A stretch of DNA of 64,000 bases, taken from positions 1-64,000 of IMG/VR virus record IMGVR_UViG_3300009709_000003. One strand, given 5' to 3'. Shown in pieces: positions 9,679-19,387 of this stretch. The notes below the pieces were generated by a model. It was not told where the DNA came from. It saw only the letters and a list, made by a program, of their open reading frames with translations, and did no database searches. The DNA is from a virus. Numbering within the stretch: the first letter of the stretch is position 1; each line of letters begins with the position of its first letter. The position numbers and the translations under genes were made by a program.

Positions 9679-11618
9679 TATCCATGTCCTTTAACATTTT
9701 TAGGTTTAGTCTTATTACCCATACCGGCAACCATAGCTTCTGTGTGTTTGGCAGCTTCTCTTTGATGCCATGCTGCTAATTTACCATGATGTGCTGGTGA
9801 CCCACCTTTCTGAGCCTTCCCATTTGCAGTGCCGGCATCACTGGCAGCTTGTTCGCTAGATTCGCCTGTGTGAACTATACGTTTGCCATTTTTAATTAAC
9901 AAGTTGCCAACATCTACCACACCGTCTTTAATAGATGTAAATTGTTTAATTACGTCTCCAGCGTCTTTCATGGCGGCATCAATATGCTCTCCTCCACGCA
10001 TTACTTCACTAGGATGCATAAGTATTTGCACACTGTCACCAGTAAGCCTGCCGATATCAACAAGTACTCTAAACATGGCCATGGAGATGTCAATGACTTT
10101 TTGTTGTAGCTGCTGCATTAATTTGGAATTTTGATCGGCTTCCATGCCTCTTTTTTCTTCACCGGACATTAGATCTTTAGCGTGTTCCTTAAACAATTTA
10201 TCTGCCGTTTCATGGTCATTATTTCCTTCAGCCTGAGAAATGGCCAGCATAGCCTTTGATCCCTCCGCAGAAATACCGTAAGTCTTCTCCATAGCAAATC
10301 TGGCTTCATAATCCGACATACCTTGATCTTTAAATACACCACCCATTTCTTTAATGGCTTGGGATGCAAATCGTGCGTCTTGGGCTTTACCACCAGTGAA
10401 AGCGTCCTTCATGCCATAGTATGCTGCAAGTGGTTCTCCTCCACCTTTGTTCATGCGTTCGCCGATAACGGATGCCATCCCCACATCGAGATTTGCTAGT
10501 GCTCCAGTTAATTGTCCTGTCGCACGGTTCGAAGCTGCGTTGACATAGGCGCGGCTAGCACCCGGCATTTGCTGAGTGAAGGCCTTGTTCACACCTAATT
10601 GCACATTCATCACATCTTCAAGATCAACTTTTTGCTCGCGTAGAGCAGCTGCATTCTTCAATACTGAATCGGTAAATTCAGAGTAACTCGCACCCAAACT
10701 CTTAACGTGGCTACCCATCTCTAATAGTCTGGCACTGGCTTCTTTACCAGATAAACCAAAATCTGCCATTATAGTGACAGCCTGTTGTGCAGCTGTACCA
10801 CTAGCTTGTTTATACATAGCGTCAATATCAAATGAAGTTCTCAACAGGTCTCTAGACGCACCTTGTGCGCCAACTGACCACTTCTTGGTTGCTTGTTCTC
10901 CTGTAATACCGGCAGCCGCAAAAGTTTTACTTATGTTTGCAAACTCACCAGCTAAACCCATCGGCCCAGCACCCATATCGATACTAAGTTGCTTTACTTC
11001 ACTACGCATGCTAGCGAAGCCTTGACTGTTTTGACTTAGTCCGGACCCGCCAGCGTTATTAAATTCGTTACTGATTTGGGTGGTTTTGGATCTCTCCATC
11101 TCACTACGGCCTAGCGCTGCAACCATTAAATTTATAGCAGCACCATATGGTCCGAGACTGTCCAAACCTGGTTGTTTTTCAGGAATATTAAATACTTTGC
11201 TAGCCATTGAGTGACCAGCCAATCCGCCTTCTACTCCAGCCTCTGCAACATTCCCCATAACAGAACCAAGCACACCGGACAGCATTTTCCGGCGTCCTTT
11301 ATGGTCTGTCATATAGTCGTAGCCATGATCCTCTTCATAAGAAGTTCTTGGAGCATTGGCTCGCATTTGCTCGTTGTTGGCACGATCTTTAGCAGCTTGT
11401 GCATTTCTTTCTCTACGAGCGCGTATGTCTTCTAATTGGGATTTCTGTATTTCGTATTCGGCGTCTAGGTTACGAATCTGAGCATCATGATTGGTTTGGG
11501 ATGTAGTACCTAGACGTTCTTGAATCGACACAAGGTCTTCAAAAGAACCTTTTATCTGGTCCAGTTGGGTAATCAAGTCAGATAAATCTAGTTCTACCTT
11601 AGATTTTATTTCGTCCAT
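9678..11618 (-). CDS. Tape measure protein (short, 646 aa)
   Basis: A/G/M-rich helical protein directly after the tail assembly chaperones. Confidence 0.75.
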   Translation of the reverse strand: MDEIKSKVELDLSDLITQLDQIKGSFEDLVSIQERLGTTSQTNHDAQIRNLDAEYEIQKSQLEDIRARRERNAQAAKDRANNEQMRANAPRTSYEEDHGYDYMTDHKGRRKMLSGVLGSVMGNVAEAGVEGGLAGHSMASKVFNIPEKQPGLDSLGPYGAAINLMVAALGRSEMERSKTTQISNEFNNAGGSGLSQNSQGFASMRSEVKQLSIDMGAGPMGLAGEFANISKTFAAAGITGEQATKKWSVGAQGASRDLLRTSFDIDAMYKQASGTAAQQAVTIMADFGLSGKEASARLLEMGSHVKSLGASYSEFTDSVLKNAAALREQKVDLEDVMNVQLGVNKAFTQQMPGASRAYVNAASNRATGQLTGALANLDVGMASVIGERMNKGGGEPLAAYYGMKDAFTGGKAQDARFASQAIKEMGGVFKDQGMSDYEARFAMEKTYGISAEGSKAMLAISQAEGNNDHETADKLFKEHAKDLMSGEEKRGMEADQNSKLMQQLQQKVIDISMAMFRVLVDIGRLTGDSVQILMHPSEVMRGGEHIDAAMKDAGDVIKQFTSIKDGVVDVGNLLIKNGKRIVHTGESSEQAASDAGTANGKAQKGGSPAHHGKLAAWHQREAAKHTEAMVAGMGNKTKPKNVKGHG

Positions 11619-12204
11619 TGCCCTTACCCAACTTTATTCTTAGGACAGGTTGTGTCTCTGGAGCTATTTTAACCCCCAAAGACTTCAGATACTCTGGGCT
11701 GAAAGGATTAGTATCTGCTTGTATATTTTCTATCGACTTTAATACTTCTGGAGGTAGGTCACTGATTGGTGCCATATCACCCATATCAACACCGCTTGCC
11801 ATTGCGGCAGACATTTGGTCAAACGTGTCATCTTGCATCGCTGCTTGCACGGTTTCGCGCTTTTTAGAATTCTCTTCAATTTTTTCAAGTATGTGTGGAC
11901 GAGATACAAATAATGACAAAGGTGCGTATTCGATCTTATCGAGATCAGATTCTGTTGGTGTCGAGTTTAATAGGTCTAATCCAAGTACTTTTACAAGAAG
12001 CACACGCAATAATTTTATATACTGTACATTATGTTCTTGTTCGGTGATTTCTTTGTTGACTAGGCCAATATATTCAAAATACCATTGGGCTTTTGTCATC
12101 AATCGCACGCTTGGATCTGAGACGAGGATACCTTTGCGTGCCATAACGTAGGATTTGATCCTAAGGTCGGCGTCCTCGTCTATGATTTTTTTAAGGCATC
12201 CCAA
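11599..12204 (-). CDS. Tail assembly chaperone, -1 frameshift extension (gpGT-like)
   Basis: Overlaps the end of 12180..12632 in the -1 frame at an A7 run; its own start is a weak TTG. Confidence 0.7.
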   Translation of the reverse strand: MGCLKKIIDEDADLRIKSYVMARKGILVSDPSVRLMTKAQWYFEYIGLVNKEITEQEHNVQYIKLLRVLLVKVLGLDLLNSTPTESDLDKIEYAPLSLFVSRPHILEKIEENSKKRETVQAAMQDDTFDQMSAAMASGVDMGDMAPISDLPPEVLKSIENIQADTNPFSPEYLKSLGVKIAPETQPVLRIKLGKGNGRNKI

Positions 12205-12632
12205 GATTTGCTGCGACGTTCATTAAGGTCGGCAAACTTATCCCACAAGGCATCGATAACTAGGGGAGGCAATTCAGCCAACCACACAAGCATTTCGTTC
12301 ATCTGAAATTGACGTTTTCGATCTTGAGAAACAAGAAAGTCTTTCACATCCTTGTCAGCATTATCATCAACCGTAATCAATTGCTCAACTGGCACACCGT
12401 CAATAGACTTAATAGCTGCAGCAAGTTTAGGCGCGCGGGTAGATACACGATAGGTCAACAAATTCTTATCGTTCGCAAAACCGTTGGCCCAAGTGTCTTC
12501 GTCAGCTGTCAATGTGCTCAATGTGTAGGTGTGATCATTAACCAACACGGTATCGGTAAGTTCAAAAGAACTTAATTGAATTTTAACGTCATTCAACAAA
12601 CTGTGTCGTTTAGCTATCTTAGTATCAGCCAT
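12180..12632 (-). CDS. Tail assembly chaperone (gpG-like)
   Basis: Between tubes and tape measure; LAAAIKSIDGVPV and LPPLVIDALW motifs; ends at the slippery site. Confidence 0.75.
   Translation of the reverse strand: MADTKIAKRHSLLNDVKIQLSSFELTDTVLVNDHTYTLSTLTADEDTWANGFANDKNLLTYRVSTRAPKLAAAIKSIDGVPVEQLITVDDNADKDVKDFLVSQDRKRQFQMNEMLVWLAELPPLVIDALWDKFADLNERRSKSWDALKKS
12186..12192 (-). other. Programmed -1 ribosomal frameshift site A AAA AAA
   Basis: Minus strand GCC TTA AAA AAA TCA TAG; a -1 shift gives CTT AAA AAA ATC ATA GAC, entering the 11599..12204 frame. Confidence 0.75.
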
Positions 12633-12644
12633 AATAATATCTCC

Positions 12645-13166
12645 TTAATTAAGAGGAACAACAGTGGCAAACCATATGGTCGCCTGTGCTTTTACAATTC
12701 TGTCATCTGTCGCACTAATAGTACGACCGTACTCTGTAAAGTAACACCCACTATACAAATAAGCTTTAATTGTACCCGATGGGTAAACATAAGTTTCACG
12801 CACGCTGAATGGTGTTACTTGTTGAGACAATGAGTACATGTCGGCCACACCACCAAGTAAATTAGCGCCAAATGCTTGACCCATAAACTTTGTATAAAGT
12901 TCATATCTCTGTACTTGGATGATGTTGGTAGCCTGAATTTGTGGTGTAAGTTCGTGCGGCAGTCCTTTAGTGTTTTGATCTATTTCCCATACTTGATCGG
13001 TTACACGTGAGAGTTGCATATTCCACTGTTGAATACGACCAACCTTTAAACCTTGTGCATTACGAATAGTAACTGAATGCGCAGAAGCAGTCTGTGTAGT
13101 CGGCGGGTTTGTAGGGCCGGACCCCGTATTAAGAAAAGCTCCAGCTGACTGTATTGCATTAGCCAT
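12645..13166 (-). CDS. Tail tube protein paralogue 3
   Basis: VGRIQQW...RYELY...YLYSGCYFTEYGRTISATDDRIV; homologous to the two adjacent genes. Confidence 0.7.
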   Translation of the reverse strand: MANAIQSAGAFLNTGSGPTNPPTTQTASAHSVTIRNAQGLKVGRIQQWNMQLSRVTDQVWEIDQNTKGLPHELTPQIQATNIIQVQRYELYTKFMGQAFGANLLGGVADMYSLSQQVTPFSVRETYVYPSGTIKAYLYSGCYFTEYGRTISATDDRIVKAQATIWFATVVPLN

Positions 13167-13684
13167 TAGCCGGTTACTCCACGAATACCAGGCAAATTAA
13201 TTTGTGGGATAAGAGCTGTGATCCCAGAGATTTTAACTTTCTTGGTGTACATTAAAGTCGCATTTACATTTACAACGCGTGAATCGTCCGATCTCAAAGT
13301 TCTACCAAGAGACGTAAACCAACACCCCTGATAAGCAAAACGTTCTAGATCTTGAGCGGGATTAACTTTCCACACTTCATACACATCAAACGGTTGATTC
13401 TGCGATGTAAGTTGCACATAGTCTGCAAACCCAACACCAAAAGCTTGTTCCATTCGGTTAATGTATAGATCATATCTAGATACATCAATGGTAGTACCAC
13501 TAAGATTTCCCGGCATAATCTCTTGGATGTTGCCCGAGTTGTCCGCATCTATTTCATAAATAGGTGTAGCATGGCGACTTTGTTTGGGTGCCCACGAATT
13601 AATTAGACCTATGGTTACGCCGTTTGCCTGAATAGTTAAGGCATGTGAAGTGCGTACTGCTGTACTTGGAACTATTCCCGCCAT
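13166..13684 (-). CDS. Tail tube protein paralogue 2
   Basis: VRTSHALTI-x-x-NGVTIGLIN...SRYDLY...YQGCWFTSLGR. Confidence 0.75.
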   Translation of the reverse strand: MAGIVPSTAVRTSHALTIQANGVTIGLINSWAPKQSRHATPIYEIDADNSGNIQEIMPGNLSGTTIDVSRYDLYINRMEQAFGVGFADYVQLTSQNQPFDVYEVWKVNPAQDLERFAYQGCWFTSLGRTLRSDDSRVVNVNATLMYTKKVKISGITALIPQINLPGIRGVTG

Positions 13685-13718
13685 GAGAACTATTGGCGGG
13701 TAGAATAATTAATGTAAT

Positions 13719-14201
13719 TTACTGTTGAATAGATTGAACAACAGTTTTCTTGACGTATTCTAGGGTGGCACTAACCATAACAATGCGATCACCATCAGAT
13801 CGATAAGCACGGCCAATGCTGCTAAACCAACAGCCTGAATATGACAAAATTTCCGTACCGCCACCAGCGATAGGTGTAGCTGGGGCTACCCAACGCTCAA
13901 TAACGGTAAACGGAGCGTCTTGATTTGTAAGTGAATTGGCAAGGTCAACCGTGCCAAATAAAGTCTCAATACGAGACTTATACAAATCATAGCGCGATAC
14001 TTCGATAGTATTACCGGTTTCGTTTCCGGGTACTTTCTCGTAGATTGAACCGCTTGTGGCGGTGTTGATTTCGTAGATTGGCGTAATGGTGCGAGCAGTC
14101 TTAGGTGCCCAACCGTTAATCAAACCAATGGTAACGCCGTTGTACACAATAGTAAGTGCATGTGATGTCCTTACTACTGTTTGTGGAGGATTAATAGGCA
14201 T
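13719..14201 (-). CDS. Tail tube protein (probable main tube)
   Basis: Immediately after the sheath; VRTSHALTI...SRYDLY...YSGCWFSSIGR. Confidence 0.8.
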   Translation of the reverse strand: MPINPPQTVVRTSHALTIVYNGVTIGLINGWAPKTARTITPIYEINTATSGSIYEKVPGNETGNTIEVSRYDLYKSRIETLFGTVDLANSLTNQDAPFTVIERWVAPATPIAGGGTEILSYSGCWFSSIGRAYRSDGDRIVMVSATLEYVKKTVVQSIQQ

Positions 14202-14242
14202 TTTAGATGCTCCCTAAGAGTTTACTATGCATCATTTCGGTT

Positions 14243-16720
14243 TTAGCCACCACTGCTCGTATTAAGGAATACGTTGGTGTCAACACTGAACGTACCATAA
14301 AAGCGCAATGCTGGGTAGCGAAGATTATAGTAGTAAGTAAAATTAAACGCAGTCGGATCCGTTGTAGACTGAGTTGCCTGAATATCCGTGGCGTAGTTAA
14401 TGTCTCTAGACGTACCATCGGAATTACGATAGGGTCCAATAGCAGATGAGTTGATCAAAGCCACCAAAGTTTCACCAACAAACGTCTTAATAGAGAACAA
14501 GAAATCGGCCAAGTCAGTTGGCACCACACCTCGCAAATTGGTATTGATAACTTGTACAATGGCTTTGGTCACATTGTCTTTCTGACTGGTGGTAGACCTA
14601 TACTTGAACTCAGGCAGATTCCCACCACCCGCTTCCGTGGTAACCGGATCAAGAATGGTAAGATTCCCGCCCAGGTTTGTAATTACCATAACACCGTTCG
14701 ATGCCAACTGCGCGCGTTCAGAACGCAAGTAAGTCGGGAACGTGGTTGGGTCAAAACCAATAATAGTCTTGCTAGCCAACGAGGTAGCAGGAGAAGTAAA
14801 ACTGGAATTCAAAGCTGCCGTAGCACAGGCTGTTGCTGTTGAGTCCAACTGCACTACAGTAGTCGTGCCATCCGCGTTAGTTACGGTGTAATTTGCGCCC
14901 GAAGGAGCTGCAATGATCAGACGACCGCGTGCTGGGTCGTCTGGTGCTACCGCCAAAGTAACTGCCGCTGCGTAAACAAAAGTGTTTGGGGTGTCCACAT
15001 CGCCAACTCCAGTGCCGATTGGCATGCCAAACCAACCAGTGCAGTAGTTGCCTACTGTAACGGACGATTGTTGTGATATGTAATTTTTCAAGTTAATTTG
15101 GGTCGTTAAACGAGTGTCGGCTACAACCACATCCGTAACAACTGTACTCTCCCCTAGAGCTGCCAATGCGGCTGCGACTTCATTCGTGGTCGGATTACCA
15201 GGGGAAGTAGCATCATCAACTTGGCAAACCACAATAGAAGTGGCACCCTGTTGGAAAGCGATATGTGCGTACAACATCAAAGTATTGGTGGCACTAACAG
15301 GTGTCAGACCTGCAATGGCTTGATTCTCAGAAAAATATTGGATTGGCGTATTGTATGCACTTGCAGGACGAACATAACCGTATGTGGCAAAATATTGCGT
15401 ACCAGCAGTGGGTTGACTACCAACACCAGTAACTACATAAGGAAGTTGAGTATTGGCCAAACCAAATACAGTAGTCGTAGCGTCCGTTGCACCAGAATAA
15501 ACAAGTTCAATCGAAGATGCCACACCAGACGTCGCGCTGGTCATAGCGACTGCGCTCCCAACTACGGCAGCAACGTTTCTATACTGAGGACCGTAGGCAG
15601 TCGCTGCAGCTAGGTATGCATTGATATTATTCGCAATTTCCGCAGCAGTAGCTGCGGTTGGTGTTGCGGGGTTAGCATATCCAGGTGGAAGGGTCCCAGT
15701 AGCCCCATTCAACGTAACTGCGACTGTTGCTTTACCGTCTAAGGACAGCAGCAGCATATTGTTGGTGGACACATTGAAAGGTCCAGCTACCCCAGTAAGT
15801 GTAGCTGCAGTGTGACCCGTAAATTCGATCATACCGCTCGTCAGCACGTAATCAGTGGGGCTTGTAAAACTTGTAACGTTGGCATACGAACCCAAACGTG
15901 ACACATTAGCTGCAGGATTAGCAAGCGTATCAATGTTGGTATTGGTGGCCACATAAGAAGCAGAATACGTGGCTAGTGGGTTGTAATACACATCGCCAAT
16001 AACCAATACAGTAGCAGACTGCTCGTTATTGGTAAAACCAAGAGTGGAAAGAGCACTTTGATGAAAAGCGCCGAACACGGTCAAAGCTGACTGTGCGGTA
16101 GCCAAGGGACTCGTGAGTTTAACACCGGTGGTGGCGTCGGTAGCCACGGCCGAATATGCAGAACCGTACCCCAGTGAAGATGCGCCTGCTAAAGCGGCAT
16201 TAAGAGCAGTTGCCACCTCAGCACGTGTAGCAGCAGCATAAGAAGCAAAGGGAGAAGTAACCGTTACAACTGAACCCGAGATAGACACATTAGCGGAACC
16301 GTTCATCATCACAATTGTGATGGGCAGACCGGTGTCCATTTGAAGTCCAAGCGAATTATTGGTAGTGAGTGAGAACGGGCCAGCGACACTACCTGTAAGG
16401 GTAGCCGGTTGATAACTAAGAGCTGCAGCGGGCAACGTAATCGTCTGACCATTGAGAGTCTGTTGAACCGAAGTATTGGCAACACGCCGGTCACCCACAT
16501 CGGCAAGCGTAGCAGAATGTGGTGACGTAGGAGACACTGTCAGTGCCTCGTTAGCTACAGCGCCACGAGTAACCACCTCATTTGTGGATTGAGACGACCG
16601 ATTGCCAATAGCTACAATACCCAAAATGTTTGGCACGGTATTGGTGTTAGCGGCAGCAGGAGCGATTTGCTCTTGAATGTACGTGCCGGGATCTGAGTAA
16701 CCGGTTGGGATGGATGACAT
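14243..16720 (-). CDS. Contractile tail sheath protein with inserted surface domains
   Basis: N-terminal YSDPGTYIQE; C-terminal LASNGV...DPVTT and FTYYYNLRYPALRFYGTFSV. Confidence 0.85.
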   Translation of the reverse strand: MSSIPTGYSDPGTYIQEQIAPAAANTNTVPNILGIVAIGNRSSQSTNEVVTRGAVANEALTVSPTSPHSATLADVGDRRVANTSVQQTLNGQTITLPAAALSYQPATLTGSVAGPFSLTTNNSLGLQMDTGLPITIVMMNGSANVSISGSVVTVTSPFASYAAATRAEVATALNAALAGASSLGYGSAYSAVATDATTGVKLTSPLATAQSALTVFGAFHQSALSTLGFTNNEQSATVLVIGDVYYNPLATYSASYVATNTNIDTLANPAANVSRLGSYANVTSFTSPTDYVLTSGMIEFTGHTAATLTGVAGPFNVSTNNMLLLSLDGKATVAVTLNGATGTLPPGYANPATPTAATAAEIANNINAYLAAATAYGPQYRNVAAVVGSAVAMTSATSGVASSIELVYSGATDATTTVFGLANTQLPYVVTGVGSQPTAGTQYFATYGYVRPASAYNTPIQYFSENQAIAGLTPVSATNTLMLYAHIAFQQGATSIVVCQVDDATSPGNPTTNEVAAALAALGESTVVTDVVVADTRLTTQINLKNYISQQSSVTVGNYCTGWFGMPIGTGVGDVDTPNTFVYAAAVTLAVAPDDPARGRLIIAAPSGANYTVTNADGTTTVVQLDSTATACATAALNSSFTSPATSLASKTIIGFDPTTFPTYLRSERAQLASNGVMVITNLGGNLTILDPVTTEAGGGNLPEFKYRSTTSQKDNVTKAIVQVINTNLRGVVPTDLADFLFSIKTFVGETLVALINSSAIGPYRNSDGTSRDINYATDIQATQSTTDPTAFNFTYYYNLRYPALRFYGTFSVDTNVFLNTSSGG

Positions 16721-16798
16721 TTGATTAAATCCTGCTAGTAGTTAAACTTGCTATGTCCTAGTAAATATATATTTCCAAAATAGGAATAGAGGAGAAGG

Positions 16799-17926
16799 TT
16801 AGTTTTTGGGTGGTAAAGTTAACAAATTTTGTGTGACTTTAGAGGCATCCAAATAAAGCGGCGTGGTCGTACCAGGAACTAAAGCTTGACGATCAATATA
16901 TTGCATAAATACTACAGGAACGTCTATTCTATTGATGAATATTTTAGACTTATCATCATTTGGACGTGGCACTTCTGTTTCACCGTTAAGTGAAGCATCT
17001 GGGCCTATCACCACTTGATACACTTCATTGGGGATTGGTGCGGAAGGGGTTGGCTGAAATAATGTTCTACCAAAAAACGTAAACTGTTTATCCTGCATGA
17101 GGAAATTCAGCCAACCCCATAAAAGGTCGGTTAATTCCGTTCGAGTATTATCGTCCTCTGCACCAACTTCCATCGACACTGTTAATTCTGTGGTTTGTAA
17201 ATACCGATGGTAAGGTTGAGAATTGACATATAGAGCTTGTTGACCAACCGTAAAGCCCAAAGCTGTGAGTGCAGTTCCACCAGTAATCTTAATATCACCC
17301 GTAATGCTTTTATTTAGGGGGCCGCCATATGACAAATCAACACCCATGCTCAAATTCACTTGTGCATTAGCGTGAGCGGCAAACAGATTTATACAATTCG
17401 CAACTTCCAGTGGTGTAGCTTGTGCTATGTTTAAAAATTTGTCGGCAAAAAAAGTGATCGTCGAATTGTTCACAACTTTAGTAGGAGTAGTGGTTTGAAA
17501 ACTTAGTGTCATACCGTCAGCAAGTGCAAACGTTGTGTTGTTACTGGTGGATACGGAAGTTTTCGCGGCTACCACTTCTACATAGGGTCCTCCTATACCT
17601 GTAGACCGATTTTTACCAGTGGTAGACAATACGGCGATGACTGGTAACTGTTCAATTAGATCCGGCATTTTGCGAATAATTGTCGCCATTGTCTTCATGG
17701 ACTTTTCAGCCGGATTAAATGAAAAATCATATTTCTTAACGGTTGGCATCTGAGCCAACAAGTTAGGCACTTGATACTGTCGATTTAACAAATTTCTAAT
17801 TTCAATTATGAAGGCGTCTTTAACCGTTTCGGTAGCTTGGCTAAATTGTGGGGGTTGATTTAAATTGTACGGTACGGTAGGTACCGGACCTTTGTTTAGT
17901 GGATCATTAATACTCATTTCAACCAA
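16799..17926 (-). CDS. Tail completion/terminator protein
   Basis: Directly upstream of the sheath; EQLPVIAV and MEVGAEDDNTRTELTDLL motifs. Confidence 0.55.
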   Translation of the reverse strand: MVEMSINDPLNKGPVPTVPYNLNQPPQFSQATETVKDAFIIEIRNLLNRQYQVPNLLAQMPTVKKYDFSFNPAEKSMKTMATIIRKMPDLIEQLPVIAVLSTTGKNRSTGIGGPYVEVVAAKTSVSTSNNTTFALADGMTLSFQTTTPTKVVNNSTITFFADKFLNIAQATPLEVANCINLFAAHANAQVNLSMGVDLSYGGPLNKSITGDIKITGGTALTALGFTVGQQALYVNSQPYHRYLQTTELTVSMEVGAEDDNTRTELTDLLWGWLNFLMQDKQFTFFGRTLFQPTPSAPIPNEVYQVVIGPDASLNGETEVPRPNDDKSKIFINRIDVPVVFMQYIDRQALVPGTTTPLYLDASKVTQNLLTLPPKN

Positions 17927-18300
17927 CCTCGTAAAGCGTCGTCACAAATATGTAGCTTGAACCATTTTTTAATCGTGTCGTCTACGATTTCTTGAATTTT
18001 TTGTTTTACATCTGTGGGAATTGCACCAGGAAACCAATGATCGAGTGCCGTATCGAATGCGGCTTCCATGCGATACGGATTGGTTTTTACTTTAAATTCG
18101 ACAGCATTTATAATGGCTTCTTTGACATCTTTGTCAACAAGTTGACCAACTTGAGCCGCCAAGTCTAAATGTTTCATCATCTCTGATTTCACATATGCAT
18201 CTAAATTTTTAGATAATTGTTTCACCAGAGCATCTTTAAATAAATCTCTCTGTTGATTATCAATAGCCGCAGCCATTACACCACCCACTATAGTCTCCAT
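17914..18300 (-). CDS. Hypothetical neck-region protein
   Basis: 128-aa ORF tightly packed in the neck operon. Confidence 0.5.
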   Translation of the reverse strand: METIVGGVMAAAIDNQQRDLFKDALVKQLSKNLDAYVKSEMMKHLDLAAQVGQLVDKDVKEAIINAVEFKVKTNPYRMEAAFDTALDHWFPGAIPTDVKQKIQEIVDDTIKKWFKLHICDDALRGWLK

Positions 18301-18302
18301 GG

Positions 18303-19340
18303 CTAAAACACCAAAGAGGAGTACACCTCTGTGGGTAGAACTTTGCGACTAGTAAATGTCTGTGAAGTAAGAAAACCTTGACCAAGTTGGGTATTTCTAT
18401 CAACTTCAGTTGCTAGGTATCGTTGGAAAGCATCTATTTGAGTTGGATCGGATAACTGATACATAGAACTTTGAGCGATAATTTCGGCTTGTGTGTTCAA
18501 TGTGATCGAGGGATCGAACGACCCTAATCCGCTGGTCCAAAACAGTTCGTTTAAGTTTTCATGTCTGTTGCCATAGCTTGTAAGTTGCGGTCTATCTTTG
18601 ATTTCAGGGCGCAAAATCAAAATAGTTGGGTTTGCTGTCTTTGGATGCCGTAAACGTACAATGTCAAATTCTGGACTACGTGTATTAATAGATGGGCGTG
18701 TCATACTAACACGTACATATAGGAATCCAACTCCAATAGGCTTGTTGTTCCCGTTAATCGAATTGATAGGATACCAATTTATAGCATTGGTGGAGAACGT
18801 AACGTCGATTGTGCATGCTTCATTGATGTTGTATGCATCAACTCGATAGTCCCAATCGTATCCGTCTGGATTTGAGTATGGGATGTTCATGGACGTTACG
18901 GACCCTGATAACTGCCCGTCCGCAATTACAAGTCTGTAAGGTTGAATTGTCTGATCTAATACTAAATTTGTTAACGTAACTTGTGGCGAAATAGCTGCCA
19001 TATACACAGTTTCATGTAGGAACCGAATATATCCTGGTAAAAATTTTGTGCCATAGCACTGAGCACAAGGCATATCACTCCGATTAGAGGTATCTTTAAA
19101 ACATGTACATTCTAATGCGTTGGGTGTGTTCATGGTGACCGGTGACCATAACCACACAGACCTACCTAGAGTCTGCAATTTTGAAAAAAGTAGTGCTCGA
19201 ATTTGAGCGGGTGTTTGACTGGCTTGCACTAGACTGGCTGGTGTCGCAGAGCCCCAGTAACCCGTCGCGTTAGAATATCCAGGCACTGCCACATTGCAGC
19301 CTGGACCATGGAATGTTGATTTAGTACCGCATGTGCACAT
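18303..19340 (-). CDS. Neck / head-closure protein with Zn-binding motif
   Basis: ECTC...PCAQCYGTKFLPGY, a pattern I recall from neck proteins of large myoviruses; position between adaptor and terminator. Confidence 0.55.
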   Translation of the reverse strand: MCTCGTKSTFHGPGCNVAVPGYSNATGYWGSATPASLVQASQTPAQIRALLFSKLQTLGRSVWLWSPVTMNTPNALECTCFKDTSNRSDMPCAQCYGTKFLPGYIRFLHETVYMAAISPQVTLTNLVLDQTIQPYRLVIADGQLSGSVTSMNIPYSNPDGYDWDYRVDAYNINEACTIDVTFSTNAINWYPINSINGNNKPIGVGFLYVRVSMTRPSINTRSPEFDIVRLRHPKTANPTILILRPEIKDRPQLTSYGNRHENLNELFWTSGLGSFDPSITLNTQAEIIAQSSMYQLSDPTQIDAFQRYLATEVDRNTQLGQGFLTSQTFTSRKVLPTEVYSSLVF

Positions 19341-19387
19341 ATTGTATAATACTATAAAAATTATACAGTAATAATGCAGACATATCT

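Noticed and set aside
14203-14449. Small ORFs on both strands overlapping the sheath 3' end
   Set aside because: Almost entirely overlap the conserved sheath C-terminus, with no independent signals.
1-17926. Stand-alone extracellular contractile injection system or tailocin
   Set aside because: Contiguous with terminase, portal, protease and capsid genes, so this is a true phage tail.
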